Made by a program: the position numbers and the translations under genes
Assembly: GCF_003334765.1 (NCBI RefSeq)
Contig: NZ_QOWT01000001.1
Origin: Escherichia coli
Lineage (GTDB): Bacteria; Pseudomonadota; Gammaproteobacteria; Enterobacterales; Enterobacteriaceae
DNA length: 64,000 nucleotides
Direction: 5' to 3' (one strand)
Shown here: in pieces, positions 51,973-62,243 of the stretch
Layout of the letters: each line of letters opens with the position of its first letter
Numbering within the stretch: the first letter of the stretch is position 1
The notes under the pieces: generated by a model
Told to the model about the DNA's origin: nothing
The model's input: the letters and a program-made list of their open reading frames with translations, nothing else
The model's database searches: none

Positions 51973-54396
51973 TTAAACCTTTTCGATCTGGACAAGATTG
52001 CTGTGCGACGGGTTTCCCTTTGCCAGCGGTGAAGGGCGGTGAGAGGTCAGAATATTGATACTGCCGCCGTGATCGACCCGGTCACCAAACATATCCGCTT
52101 TAAGCCACGCACCTTGCCCGATGGCGGTAACGCCAGGCAGAATACGCGGAGTCACTTTTGCGGCAATCAGCATTTCTCCATTATTGTTAAATACCCGCAC
52201 GGTATCGCCATGACGGATACCGCGTGCCTGAGCATCAATGGGGTTGATCCACACCTCTTGTGGGCAGGCCTGCTGTAACACATCAATATTGCCGTAGCTG
52301 GAGTGGGTACGCGCTTTGTAATGGAAGCCCGTTAACTGCAGTGGATAGGTTTTCCGCAGGGGATCGTCCCAGCCATCAAAACCTGGGGTATACGCAGGAA
52401 GGGGATGAATAATTTCATCTTTTTTCAATTCCCAGGTATCTGCAATCTTCGCCAGTCGTTCAGAATAAATTTCGATTTTCCCCGAAGGTGTTTTCAACGG
52501 GTTTGCCTGTGGATCTTCACGGAATGCGCGGAAAGCGACGTAGTGTTCTTCCGGGCATTTTTTCTTAAAGATCCCGGTCGTTTTCATCTCCTCGTAGTCG
52601 GGCATCTCAGGGTTACGTTCCTTCGTTTTCGCATGGAGATATTTGATCCATTCATGCTGACTGCGACCTTCAGTAAAGGTTTGATAAACGTCTGGTCCTA
52701 AGCGTTTGGCGACTTCACTCAGCATCCAGTAGATGGGTTTGCGTTCAAATTTTGCTGAGGTTGCGGGTTGGGCGAGGATCACATAGCCCATATTCCCTGC
52801 AGATTCATGAGAGATAAGGTCTTCTTGCTCTGTTGGCATCAGGTCGGGCAACAGGATATCGCAATACTTAGCCGAGGCCGTCATGAAGTGGTCAATGCCA
52901 ACAATCATCTCGCACTTGCTGTCATCCTGAAGCACCTCATGGGTGTGATTGATGTCGCCATGTTGATTGATCAATGTGTTACTGGCGTAGCACCATAAAA
53001 ACTTGATGGGGACATCCAGTTTTTCTTTTCCACGAACACCATCACGGGTCGCGGTCATTTCCGTACCATGGTCGATGGCATCTGTCCATGTAAAGACGGA
53101 AATCTGCGTTTTAACAGGATTCTCGAGCATCGGGAACCATTCTACCCCCAGATCCCAGCTACCTTCGCGTACGCCTGAGTTGCCGCCGTTTATGCCGACG
53201 TTGCCGGTGAGAACGGAAAGCATGGCAATAGCGCGGGATGTTTGCTCGCCGTTGGAATGTCGTTGTGGCCCCCAACCCTGACAAATATAAGCAGGTTTTG
53301 CTGAACCGATCTCTCGTGCCAACTGGATAATTTTTTCTGCCGGGATGCTGGTGATTTTTGCTGCCCATTCCGGCGTTTTAGCTATGCCGTCAGGCCCTTC
53401 GCCCAGAATATAGGCTTTATAATGCGCGTTACGTGGTGCGTTGGCGGGCAGCGTTTTTTCATCGTAACCAACACAATATTTGTCGAGAAATGGCTGATCG
53501 ACCATGTTTTCAGTAATCAGTACCCAGGCAATCGCACAGGCCAGTGCGCCATCGGTGCCAGGGCGAATGGGCAGCCATTCATCTTCACGCCCGGCAGCAG
53601 TGTCGTTATAACGTGGATCGATGACGATCATGCGTGCGTTTGAACGTTCGCGGGCTTGCTCGACGTAGTAAGTGACACCACCGCCGCTCATCCGCGTTTC
53701 TGCCGGGTTATTTCCGAACATAACGACCAGTTTCGTATTGGCGATATCATCCGGGCTGTTGCCATCATTGGCACCGAACATATAACTCATTGCGGCACTG
53801 ATCTGTGCGGTACTGTAGCTGCCATAGCGACTGAGAAAACCACCGCAAGAGTTCATCAGACGGTACGGGACGTTTGAGTTGGTGATGTTTCCGCCATCTA
53901 CGCCTGTTCCGTACAGGACATGTACAGCCTCATTGCCGTAATCTTTCAGGATCCGCCGAAGATTATCACTGATGGTATCCAGGGCTTCGTCCCAACTTAT
54001 CCGTTCAAATTTACCTTCACCGCGCTTGCCGACGCGCTTCATGGGATATTTCAACCTATCAGGATGATTCATCCGTCGGCGGATAGAGCGCCCGCGTAAA
54101 CACGCTCGAACCTGATGATTACCGTAGACGTCGTCACCTGTCGTATCAGACTCCACCCAGTACACGGTGTCATCTTTCACATGCAAACGTAACAGACAGC
54201 GGCTCCCGCAGTTAACGGTGCAGGAACTCCAGACCGCTTTCTCTTCTACCGGAGCCTCTGCCGCCCGGACCATTTGGGAAAATGGCAGAGTGAAAGCACT
54301 GCTTGCCAGCGCAAGACTGCCAAGTGCGGAGGTTTTCATCAGACTTCTACGGCTGATTTCAGCCTTCATGAGCGCCTCTGTGGTATGGATTTTCAT
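51973..54396 (-). CDS. ynfF: Tat-exported molybdopterin oxidoreductase catalytic subunit (DmsA paralog)
   Basis: about 807 aa; twin-arginine signal ISRRSLMKTSALGSLALA; paralog of ynfE. Confidence 0.9.
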   Translation of the reverse strand: MKIHTTEALMKAEISRRSLMKTSALGSLALASSAFTLPFSQMVRAAEAPVEEKAVWSSCTVNCGSRCLLRLHVKDDTVYWVESDTTGDDVYGNHQVRACLRGRSIRRRMNHPDRLKYPMKRVGKRGEGKFERISWDEALDTISDNLRRILKDYGNEAVHVLYGTGVDGGNITNSNVPYRLMNSCGGFLSRYGSYSTAQISAAMSYMFGANDGNSPDDIANTKLVVMFGNNPAETRMSGGGVTYYVEQARERSNARMIVIDPRYNDTAAGREDEWLPIRPGTDGALACAIAWVLITENMVDQPFLDKYCVGYDEKTLPANAPRNAHYKAYILGEGPDGIAKTPEWAAKITSIPAEKIIQLAREIGSAKPAYICQGWGPQRHSNGEQTSRAIAMLSVLTGNVGINGGNSGVREGSWDLGVEWFPMLENPVKTQISVFTWTDAIDHGTEMTATRDGVRGKEKLDVPIKFLWCYASNTLINQHGDINHTHEVLQDDSKCEMIVGIDHFMTASAKYCDILLPDLMPTEQEDLISHESAGNMGYVILAQPATSAKFERKPIYWMLSEVAKRLGPDVYQTFTEGRSQHEWIKYLHAKTKERNPEMPDYEEMKTTGIFKKKCPEEHYVAFRAFREDPQANPLKTPSGKIEIYSERLAKIADTWELKKDEIIHPLPAYTPGFDGWDDPLRKTYPLQLTGFHYKARTHSSYGNIDVLQQACPQEVWINPIDAQARGIRHGDTVRVFNNNGEMLIAAKVTPRILPGVTAIGQGAWLKADMFGDRVDHGGSINILTSHRPSPLAKGNPSHSNLVQIEKV

Positions 54397-54456
54397 CATT
54401 ACTCACTTATTGCTTTTCAAACAAAATGTCATGCCAGAATTTATGGTTGTCGTGGG

Positions 54457-56883
54457 TTATATTTTTTCGATCTCGACCAGATTAGTGTGCTGCGGGTTTC
54501 CCTTCGCCAGTGGTGAAGGGCGCAGAGTGGTTAGCGTATTCACACAGCCGCCATGGTCGATTTTATCGCCAGACATATTGGCCTCGTGCCAGGCTCCCTG
54601 GCCCATAGCGCTAACTCCAGGGAGAATACGTGGTGTTACTTTGGCTGGTAGCCGAACTTCGCCACGATGGTTAAACACCCGCACCATATCGCCGTTGGCA
54701 ATCCCACGTTTCTGCGCATCTATAGGGTTGATCCACACCTCCTGACGGCAGGCAGCCTTCAGGAGATCAATATTGCCGTAGGTCGAGTGAGTACGGGATT
54801 TGTAATGGAAACCAAACAGTTGCAGTGGGAAGGTTCTACGTTCAGGGGAGTTCCAGCCTTCAAAGGTTGAGGCATAAACTGGCAATGGGCTTATCACTTC
54901 ATCTTTTTCCAGTTCCCAGGTACGGGCAATTTCCGCCAGCCTGCTGGAATAAATTTCAATCTTACCGGAAGGCGTTTTAAGTGGATTTGCCTCGGGGTCG
55001 TCACGAAATGCTTTGTAGGCGACAAAATGGCCATTGGGATCTTTACGCTTATAGATACCCATTTTTTTCAGTTCGTCGTAAGACGGTAACGCCGGATCTT
55101 TGGCAAGCATTTTGGCGTACAGATGTTGTAACCATTGTTCCTGCGTGCGACCTTCTGTGAACTTTTGATAGACGTCAGGTCCAAGACGTTTCGCGACTTC
55201 ACTCAGGATCCAGTAAATCGGTTTGCGTTCGAATTTTTCGCTGGTGACAGGCTGGAGGAAAATGAGATATCCCATGTTACCGGCGTAGTCGTTAGGAATA
55301 ATATCTTCCTGCTCAACGGTCATCAGGTCTGGCAGCAGAATGTCGGCATATTTTGCCGATGAGGTCATAAAGTTTTCGATGACCACAATCATTTCGCATT
55401 TCGATTCGTCCTGCAGAATTTCATGCGTTTTGTTGATGTCAGAATGCTGATTAACGAGGGTATTTCCCGCGTAGTTCCAGATGAACTTAATGGGCACATC
55501 CAGTTTATCTTTGCCGCGGACGCCGTCGCGGATTGCCGTCATTTGCGGACCATGATCGATAGCATCTGTCCAGCTGAAGCAGGAGATTGACGTTTTGACC
55601 GGATTATCCAGCACCGGCAGGCGTTCTATGGTAATGGTATAGGTCGATTCACGCGCGCCACTATTTCCGCCGCTGATGCCGACATTGCCCGTCAAAATAG
55701 GTAACATAGCAATAGCGCGTGCAGTCAGTTCGCCGTTTGCCTGGCGTTGTGGCCCCCAGCCCTGGCAGATATAAGCGGGTTTTGCTGTGCCAATTTCACG
55801 CGCCAGTTTGATGATACGGTCCTCCGGGATACCGGTAATTTGCGAAGCCCACTGCGGCGTTTTCGCTGTTTTATCGTCACCTTCACCAAGAATATAGGCT
55901 TTATAGTGACCATTTTTGGGTGCATCTGCGGGTAAGGTTTTTTCGTCATAGCCGACGCAGTATTTATCGAGAAAAGGTTGATCAACGAGATTTTCGTTAA
56001 TCAATACCCAGGCAATACCCGCAACCAGCGCGGCATCGGTGCCCGGGCGAATAGGGAGCCATTCGTCTTCACGACCGGCAGCCGTATCGGTATATCGCGG
56101 ATCGATAACAATCATTTTGGCGTTCGATTTCTCGCGCGCTTTTTCAAGAAGATAAGTGATGCCACCACCGCTCATGCGGGTTTCTGCCGGGTTGTTACCA
56201 AACATCACGACCAGCTTGCTGTTTTCAATATCCGTGGTGCTGTTGCCATCATTACTGCCGTAGGTGTAGGGCATGGCACAGGAAATTTGCGCAGTGCTGT
56301 AGGAGCCATACTGGTTGAGTGAACCGCCGTAGCAGTTCATCAGGCGTTTGACCGCCGAGGCTGATGGCGAAGAGCGGGTCATATTGCCGCCAACGATCCC
56401 CGAAGAGTACTGAATATATACAGCCTCATTGCCATATTGTTCGACGGTTTTCTTCAGGCTACTGGCGATAGTATCCAGGGCTTCATCCCAGCTAATCCGT
56501 TCGAATTTGCCTTCGCCGCGTTTGCCCACGCGTTTCATTGGGTAATTCAAGCGATCGGGATGATTAATACGCCGGCGGATGGAGCGACCGCGCAAACAGG
56601 CGCGTACCTGATGGTTGCCGTACTCATCGCTGCCGGTATTGTCAGTTTCCACCCAGGTCACTTCATTATCTTTAACATGTAGACGAAGTGCACAGCGGCT
56701 ACCACAGTTGACGGAACAGGCACCCCAGACCACTTTTTCGCGGGCCTGTTGTACCGCTGCTGCTGCATTGCGCAGGGTAAACGGCAAAGAAAAACCGCCT
56801 GCAGCCAGCGCCAGAGAACCTATCGCGGTAGATTTAACGAGTGTTCTGCGGCTGATGCCCACCATTCGTTCATTTTTGGACAT
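54457..56883 (-). CDS. ynfE: Tat-exported molybdopterin oxidoreductase catalytic subunit (DmsA paralog; selenate reductase-type)
   Basis: 808-aa ORF with twin-arginine signal GISRRTLVKSTAIGSLALAA. Confidence 0.9.
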   Translation of the reverse strand: MSKNERMVGISRRTLVKSTAIGSLALAAGGFSLPFTLRNAAAAVQQAREKVVWGACSVNCGSRCALRLHVKDNEVTWVETDNTGSDEYGNHQVRACLRGRSIRRRINHPDRLNYPMKRVGKRGEGKFERISWDEALDTIASSLKKTVEQYGNEAVYIQYSSGIVGGNMTRSSPSASAVKRLMNCYGGSLNQYGSYSTAQISCAMPYTYGSNDGNSTTDIENSKLVVMFGNNPAETRMSGGGITYLLEKAREKSNAKMIVIDPRYTDTAAGREDEWLPIRPGTDAALVAGIAWVLINENLVDQPFLDKYCVGYDEKTLPADAPKNGHYKAYILGEGDDKTAKTPQWASQITGIPEDRIIKLAREIGTAKPAYICQGWGPQRQANGELTARAIAMLPILTGNVGISGGNSGARESTYTITIERLPVLDNPVKTSISCFSWTDAIDHGPQMTAIRDGVRGKDKLDVPIKFIWNYAGNTLVNQHSDINKTHEILQDESKCEMIVVIENFMTSSAKYADILLPDLMTVEQEDIIPNDYAGNMGYLIFLQPVTSEKFERKPIYWILSEVAKRLGPDVYQKFTEGRTQEQWLQHLYAKMLAKDPALPSYDELKKMGIYKRKDPNGHFVAYKAFRDDPEANPLKTPSGKIEIYSSRLAEIARTWELEKDEVISPLPVYASTFEGWNSPERRTFPLQLFGFHYKSRTHSTYGNIDLLKAACRQEVWINPIDAQKRGIANGDMVRVFNHRGEVRLPAKVTPRILPGVSAMGQGAWHEANMSGDKIDHGGCVNTLTTLRPSPLAKGNPQHTNLVEIEKI

Positions 56884-57081
56884 AACTCACTCCCTGTTCT
56901 TTATCGTTATATAAAAGTTTATATATTGAATATTTAGCGCGCTAACAATAGAGGGAGTCTACCCATTTTGGGTTAAGAATTATTAATCCATATCAATAGA
57001 AGGGTATGAGTAATAAGGTGGGATTATGTTGTATGTTCAAATCGCCGGATTTGTCATATCCGGCGTTCAGTCGATAATGTG

Positions 57082-57387
57082 TTACTGCGGTTCGGCAGGC
57101 GCGCCATCCTGGCTAGACTGCGCGGGAGCAGAGACGTTACCGCTGGTGGTGCGGGTATAGAGAATTTTATGCGTATCATTAGCGCAATGGCCGACGACCT
57201 GGGAATCAGGCTGATCAACCTGGTCATTGGGTACAATACTTAACGTGAAGCTGCTTTCGGGTACGCCATTATTGATAATGCGCTGTGATATATCGCTCTG
57301 TATGCGCTCACAGGATCCCGGCGCGGCGAGTACCGCGGGTGAGGCGAGGGCGAGCAGAAGCGCGGCACAGCAGGTTGAGAGTTTCAT
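57082..57387 (-). CDS. ynfD: DUF1161 periplasmic protein
   Basis: start placed at MKLSTCCAALLLALASPAVLAA (signal peptide) giving 101 aa. Confidence 0.85.
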   Translation of the reverse strand: MKLSTCCAALLLALASPAVLAAPGSCERIQSDISQRIINNGVPESSFTLSIVPNDQVDQPDSQVVGHCANDTHKILYTRTTSGNVSAPAQSSQDGAPAEPQ

Positions 57388-57494
57388 CATAAGCTCCTTA
57401 CGCGAAGATAACTTCTTTAAGCATAGCATTTAACGTGTAAAGTACTGTATTTGCTACTATGATTGAGAATCATCTCTACTCTCTGGTGACTGTT

Positions 57495-58205
57495 GTGAAA
57501 TACAAATTACTACCATGCTTACTCGCGATATTCCTCACAGGATGTGACCGCACAGAGGTAACACTTTCATTTACCCCTGAGATGGCCAGTTTCTCTAATG
57601 AATTCGATTTTGATCCGCTGCGTGGTCCGGTAAAAGATTTCACTCAGACATTAATGGATGAGCAAGGTGAAGTGACGAAACGTGTTTCTGGGACTTTGTC
57701 GGAAGAAGGCTGTTTTGATTCACTCGAATTACTGGATCTGGAAAATAATACCGTGGTCGCTCTGGTACTGGACGCCAATTATTACCGTGATGCCGAGACG
57801 CTGGAGAAGAGAGTACGTTTACAGGGAAAATGCCAGCTAGCAGAATTACCTTCTGCCGGGGTGAGTTGGGAAACCGATGATAATGGCTTCGTGATTAAAG
57901 CCAGCAGCAAACAAATGCAGATGGAATATCGCTATGATGATCAGGGTTATCCGCTGGGTAAAACCACGAAAAGTAACGACAAAACATTATCTGTCAGCGC
58001 CACGCCATCAACGGATCCGATCAAAAAATTAGATTACACAGCGGTTACTTTACTGAATAATCAACGGGTTGGTAATGTAAAACAGAGCTGTGAATATGAC
58101 AGTCACGCTAATCCGGTGGACTGTCAGCTAATCATTGTTGATGAAGGAGTAAAACCCGCCGTCGAACGGGTTTACACCATCAAAAATACGATCGATTATT
58201 ATTAA
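57495..58205 (+). CDS. ynfC: UPF0257 lipoprotein
   Basis: GTG start giving (M)KYKLLPCLLAIFLTGCDR lipobox, 236 aa; the ORF-track ATG 36 nt upstream is probably not the start. Confidence 0.82.
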   Translation: MKYKLLPCLLAIFLTGCDRTEVTLSFTPEMASFSNEFDFDPLRGPVKDFTQTLMDEQGEVTKRVSGTLSEEGCFDSLELLDLENNTVVALVLDANYYRDAETLEKRVRLQGKCQLAELPSAGVSWETDDNGFVIKASSKQMQMEYRYDDQGYPLGKTTKSNDKTLSVSATPSTDPIKKLDYTAVTLLNNQRVGNVKQSCEYDSHANPVDCQLIIVDEGVKPAVERVYTIKNTIDYY

Positions 58206-58207
58206 TG

Positions 58208-58768
58208 CTATTGTGCGGTCGGCTTCAGGAGAGTCTGACCCGGTGTTTTGTGCTCTGCCAGATACTGATGCTGGAATATACACATGCGAATGGCATTACG
58301 ATATTGACCATTAATAAAGAACTCGTGCATCAATTCACCTTCAACCGAAAAGCCAAGCTTGCGGTAAATGTGAATCGCTTTTTCATTCTCTTTATCAACG
58401 ATCAGATACAGCTTATAGAGATTGAGAACGGTAAAGCCATAGTCCATTGCTAATTTGGCGGCACGGGTTGCCAGACCTTTCCCCTGATACTCCGGGGAGA
58501 TAATTATCTGAAATTCTGCGCGGCGATGAACATGGTTAATTTCCACCAGCTCCACCAGACCGGCTTTTTCGCCGTCACATTCCACCACAAAGCGCCGTTC
58601 GCTCTGATCGTGAATATGCTTATCATACAGATCAGAGAGTTCAACAAAGGCTTCGTAGGGTTCCTCAAACCAGTAACGCATCACACTGGCGTTATTGTCG
58701 AGTTGATGTACATAGCGTAAATCTTCACGCTCCAGCGGGCGTAGCTTAACACTGTGGGCGCTTGGCAT
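58208..58768 (-). CDS. speG: spermidine N1-acetyltransferase (GNAT)
   Basis: 186-aa [42 protein letters not shown]. Confidence 0.93.
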   Translation of the reverse strand: MPSAHSVKLRPLEREDLRYVHQLDNNASVMRYWFEEPYEAFVELSDLYDKHIHDQSERRFVVECDGEKAGLVELVEINHVHRRAEFQIIISPEYQGKGLATRAAKLAMDYGFTVLNLYKLYLIVDKENEKAIHIYRKLGFSVEGELMHEFFINGQYRNAIRMCIFQHQYLAEHKTPGQTLLKPTAQ

Positions 58769-58802
58769 AACGTGTCCTTACATTCCTTAAATCAATAACA
58801 GG

Positions 58803-59144
58803 TTAGGGGGTAATAACGCGGCCAGTTCGACGGTCCAGGCAGCGCAAAGTATTGGGCTCCCAGTAGGCATTGATGTTGGCGCTTTGCTCACATTTATCGC
58901 GGTTATCAAAAGCGGCGTCGGCTTTATCCCACTCTTTTTCAGTGCGTTTATTCACTTTCTGGCGCAGATTGCGCGTGTCATTCCATTGCTCTTTTTCCAT
59001 AGCGGCGTGCTGGCGGCTTTGTGCACTGTCGCCAGACTCAATCACCAGTTTGTTAGTTTCGGCATGAACAGTTGTGCTCAATGCCAGTGCGCAAGGCAGC
59101 AGAATAGCGAGCAGGCCGATTCGTTTGCTGAGAGTGATTTTCAT
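58803..59144 (-). CDS. ynfB: UPF0482 secreted protein
   Basis: 113-aa ORF with signal peptide. Confidence 0.88.
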
Positions 59145-59278
59145 AATTCATTCCCTGTATGAATGATTAAAGGTGATTCTACACCATCCACTGCGGACGC
59201 AAAACGTACCAGGAGGGTGTTTATATTGATGATATTATGTCGCCCTATAACTATACATGATGTCAATAAGAGACAAAG

Positions 59279-59605
59279 ATGATTAAAACAACGTTACTAT
59301 TTTTTGCTACTGCGCTGTGTGAAATTATTGGATGCTTTCTGCCCTGGTTGTGGTTAAAACGAAACGCCAGTATCTGGCTGTTGCTTCCGGCGGGGATTTC
59401 ACTGGCGCTGTTTGTCTGGTTGTTAACGTTGCATCCAGCGGCGAGTGGGCGTGTTTACGCGGCTTATGGTGGCGTTTATGTCTGCACGGCGTTGATGTGG
59501 CTGCGCGTTGTGGATGGCGTGAAACTGACTCTTTATGACTGGACGGGTGCGTTGATTGCGCTTTGCGGCATGTTGATCATTGTTGCGGGCTGGGGGCGCA
59601 CGTAG
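59279..59605 (+). CDS. ynfA: UPF0060 inner membrane protein
   Basis: 108-aa ORF with four TM helices. Confidence 0.88.
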
Positions 59606-59810
59606 GAACATAAATCCATTTTATCAATAAGATAAGAGGAAGTGTCAGCTGACAAAAGGTATTCTATTTCATCTTTTGTCAACCATTCACAGCGCAAATA
59701 TACGCCTTTTTTTGTGATCACTCCGGCTTTTTTCGATCTTTATACTTGTATGGTAGTAGCTCAGTTGCGTAGATTTCATGCATCACGACAAGCGATGCAA
59801 GGAATCGAAC

Positions 59811-61025
59811 ATGAAGATCGTAAAGGCTGAAGTTTTTGTTACCTGTCCGGGGCGTAATTTCGTCACATTAAAAATCACCACTGAGGACGGTATTACGGGC
59901 CTTGGGGATGCCACCCTCAATGGACGTGAGCTTTCCGTGGCCTCTTATTTGCAGGATCACCTTTGTCCGCAGCTTATTGGTCGCGATGCGCACCGTATCG
60001 AAGATATCTGGCAGTTTTTCTATAAAGGTGCTTACTGGCGTCGCGGTCCGGTTACGATGTCGGCCATTTCAGCGGTTGATATGGCGCTGTGGGATATTAA
60101 AGCCAAAGCTGCCAACATGCCGCTTTACCAGTTACTCGGCGGCGCGTCTCGTGAAGGGGTGATGGTTTATTGCCATACCACCGGTCACAGTATTGATGAA
60201 GCTCTGGATGATTATGCCCGTCATCAAGAGCTTGGATTCAAAGCCATCCGCGTGCAGTGCGGAATCCCTGGTATGAAAACCACCTACGGCATGTCGAAAG
60301 GTAAAGGTCTGGCTTATGAACCCGCAACCAAAGGACAGTGGCCGGAAGAGCAGCTGTGGTCGACGGAGAAATACCTCGATTTCATGCCGAAATTGTTTGA
60401 CGCGGTACGTAACAAGTTTGGTTTTAATGAACATTTGCTGCATGACATGCACCATCGCTTAACGCCTATTGAAGCGGCGCGCTTTGGTAAAAGCATTGAA
60501 GATTATCGCATGTTCTGGATGGAAGACCCGACGCCTGCGGAAAACCAGGAATGCTTCCGTCTCATTCGCCAACATACCGTCACACCCATCGCAGTGGGTG
60601 AAGTCTTCAACAGCATCTGGGACTGCAAACAACTGATTGAAGAGCAACTCATCGATTATATCCGCACCACGCTGACCCATGCAGGCGGAATTACCGGTAT
60701 GCGCCGGATTGCCGATTTTGCTTCGCTGTATCAGGTACGTACTGGCTCACACGGTCCTTCCGATTTGTCACCAGTCTGCATGGCTGCGGCGCTGCACTTT
60801 GATCTGTGGGTCCCCAATTTCGGTGTCCAGGAATACATGGGTTATTCCGAACAAATGCTCGAAGTCTTCCCGCACAACTGGACTTTCGATAACGGCTATA
60901 TGCATCCGGGAGACAAACCGGGTCTTGGTATCGAATTCGATGAAAAGCTGGCGGCGAAATATCCCTATGAACCTGCTTATCTACCATTCGCACGTCTGGA
61001 AGATGGCACGCTGTGGAACTGGTAA
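59811..61025 (+). CDS. rspA: enolase-superfamily starvation-sensing protein (mannonate dehydratase-like)
   Basis: start placed at [40 protein letters not shown] within the 415-aa ORF, giving 404 aa. Confidence 0.92.
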   Translation: MKIVKAEVFVTCPGRNFVTLKITTEDGITGLGDATLNGRELSVASYLQDHLCPQLIGRDAHRIEDIWQFFYKGAYWRRGPVTMSAISAVDMALWDIKAKAANMPLYQLLGGASREGVMVYCHTTGHSIDEALDDYARHQELGFKAIRVQCGIPGMKTTYGMSKGKGLAYEPATKGQWPEEQLWSTEKYLDFMPKLFDAVRNKFGFNEHLLHDMHHRLTPIEAARFGKSIEDYRMFWMEDPTPAENQECFRLIRQHTVTPIAVGEVFNSIWDCKQLIEEQLIDYIRTTLTHAGGITGMRRIADFASLYQVRTGSHGPSDLSPVCMAAALHFDLWVPNFGVQEYMGYSEQMLEVFPHNWTFDNGYMHPGDKPGLGIEFDEKLAAKYPYEPAYLPFARLEDGTLWNW

Positions 61026-61036
61026 GGAGTAAGATA

Positions 61037-62056
61037 ATGAAAAGCATATTAATTGAAAAACCGAATCAACTGGCGATTGTCGAACGTGAAATACCCACCC
61101 CGTCAGCGGGTGAAGTACGAGTAAAAGTGAAACTTGCCGGAATTTGTGGTTCAGATAGCCATATTTATCGTGGGCATAATCCTTTTGCGAAATATCCGCG
61201 CGTCATTGGTCATGAATTCTTTGGCGTCATTGATGCAGTGGGTGAAGGCGTGGAAAGCGCCAGAGTCGGTGAACGTGTTGCTGTCGATCCGGTGGTCAGC
61301 TGTGGGCATTGCTATCCGTGCTCTATAGGTAAACCGAACGTTTGTACGACACTGGCTGTATTAGGTGTGCACGCTGACGGTGGTTTCAGTGAATATGCCG
61401 TGGTTCCGGCAAAAAATGCGTGGAAAATTCCTGAAGCAGTGGCCGATCAATATGCGGTAATGATCGAACCTTTTACCATTGCGGCTAACGTAACCGGACA
61501 TGGTCAACCGACTGAAAATGATACCGTTCTGGTTTATGGTGCCGGTCCAATCGGCCTGACGATCGTTCAGGTATTAAAAGGCGTCTATAACGTTAAAAAT
61601 GTGATTGTTGCCGATCGCATTGATGAACGACTGGAAAAAGCGAAAGAGAGCGGGGCTGACTGGGCGATTAATAACAGCCAGACACCGCTTGGCGAGATTT
61701 TCACTGAAAAAGGCATCAAGCCGACATTAATTATCGATGCGGCTTGTCATCCTTCTATCCTGAAAGAGGCCGTAACGCTGGCTTCTCCAGCGGCACGTAT
61801 TGTATTGATGGGGTTCTCCAGTGAACCGTCTGAAGTGATTCAGCAAGGAATTACCGGAAAAGAACTCTCTATTTTCTCTTCACGCTTAAATGCAAATAAA
61901 TTCCCGATCGTTATCGACTGGTTAAGTAAAGGGTTAATTAAACCAGAAAAATTAATTACCCATACGTTTGATTTCCAGCATGTTGCTGATGCCATTAGTT
62001 TATTTGAACAGGATCAAAAACATTGCTGCAAAGTCTTACTCACTTTTTCTGAATAA
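61037..62056 (+). CDS. rspB: zinc-dependent alcohol dehydrogenase-family starvation-sensing protein
   Basis: start placed at MKSILIEKPNQLAIVEREIPTP giving 339 aa; GHE..G...C.CG zinc ADH motifs. Confidence 0.92.
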   Translation: MKSILIEKPNQLAIVEREIPTPSAGEVRVKVKLAGICGSDSHIYRGHNPFAKYPRVIGHEFFGVIDAVGEGVESARVGERVAVDPVVSCGHCYPCSIGKPNVCTTLAVLGVHADGGFSEYAVVPAKNAWKIPEAVADQYAVMIEPFTIAANVTGHGQPTENDTVLVYGAGPIGLTIVQVLKGVYNVKNVIVADRIDERLEKAKESGADWAINNSQTPLGEIFTEKGIKPTLIIDAACHPSILKEAVTLASPAARIVLMGFSSEPSEVIQQGITGKELSIFSSRLNANKFPIVIDWLSKGLIKPEKLITHTFDFQHVADAISLFEQDQKHCCKVLLTFSE

Positions 62057-62113
62057 TACCAATAACGGCGAGTAAGTAGTACGCATCTTACCTCTTTTTT
62101 AGAGATAACCATT

Positions 62114-62224
62114 ATGACAATAGAAAAACACGAAAGAAGCACTAAGGATTTGGTGAAAGCAGCAGTATCGGGATGGCTGGGCACTGCGCTTGAATTTATG
62201 GATTTCAAGAGTCATGCGTGTTAA
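62114..62224 (+). pseudogene. ydfJ: 5' stub of MFS transporter gene interrupted by prophage (36 codons)
   Basis: ATG at 62114 encodes MTIEKHERSTKDLVKAAVSGWLGTALEFMDF then diverges and stops; recalled as the ydfJ N-terminus; integrase stop 20 bp downstream. Confidence 0.6.
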
Positions 62225-62243
62225 CTATTTGATAAATATTAAA

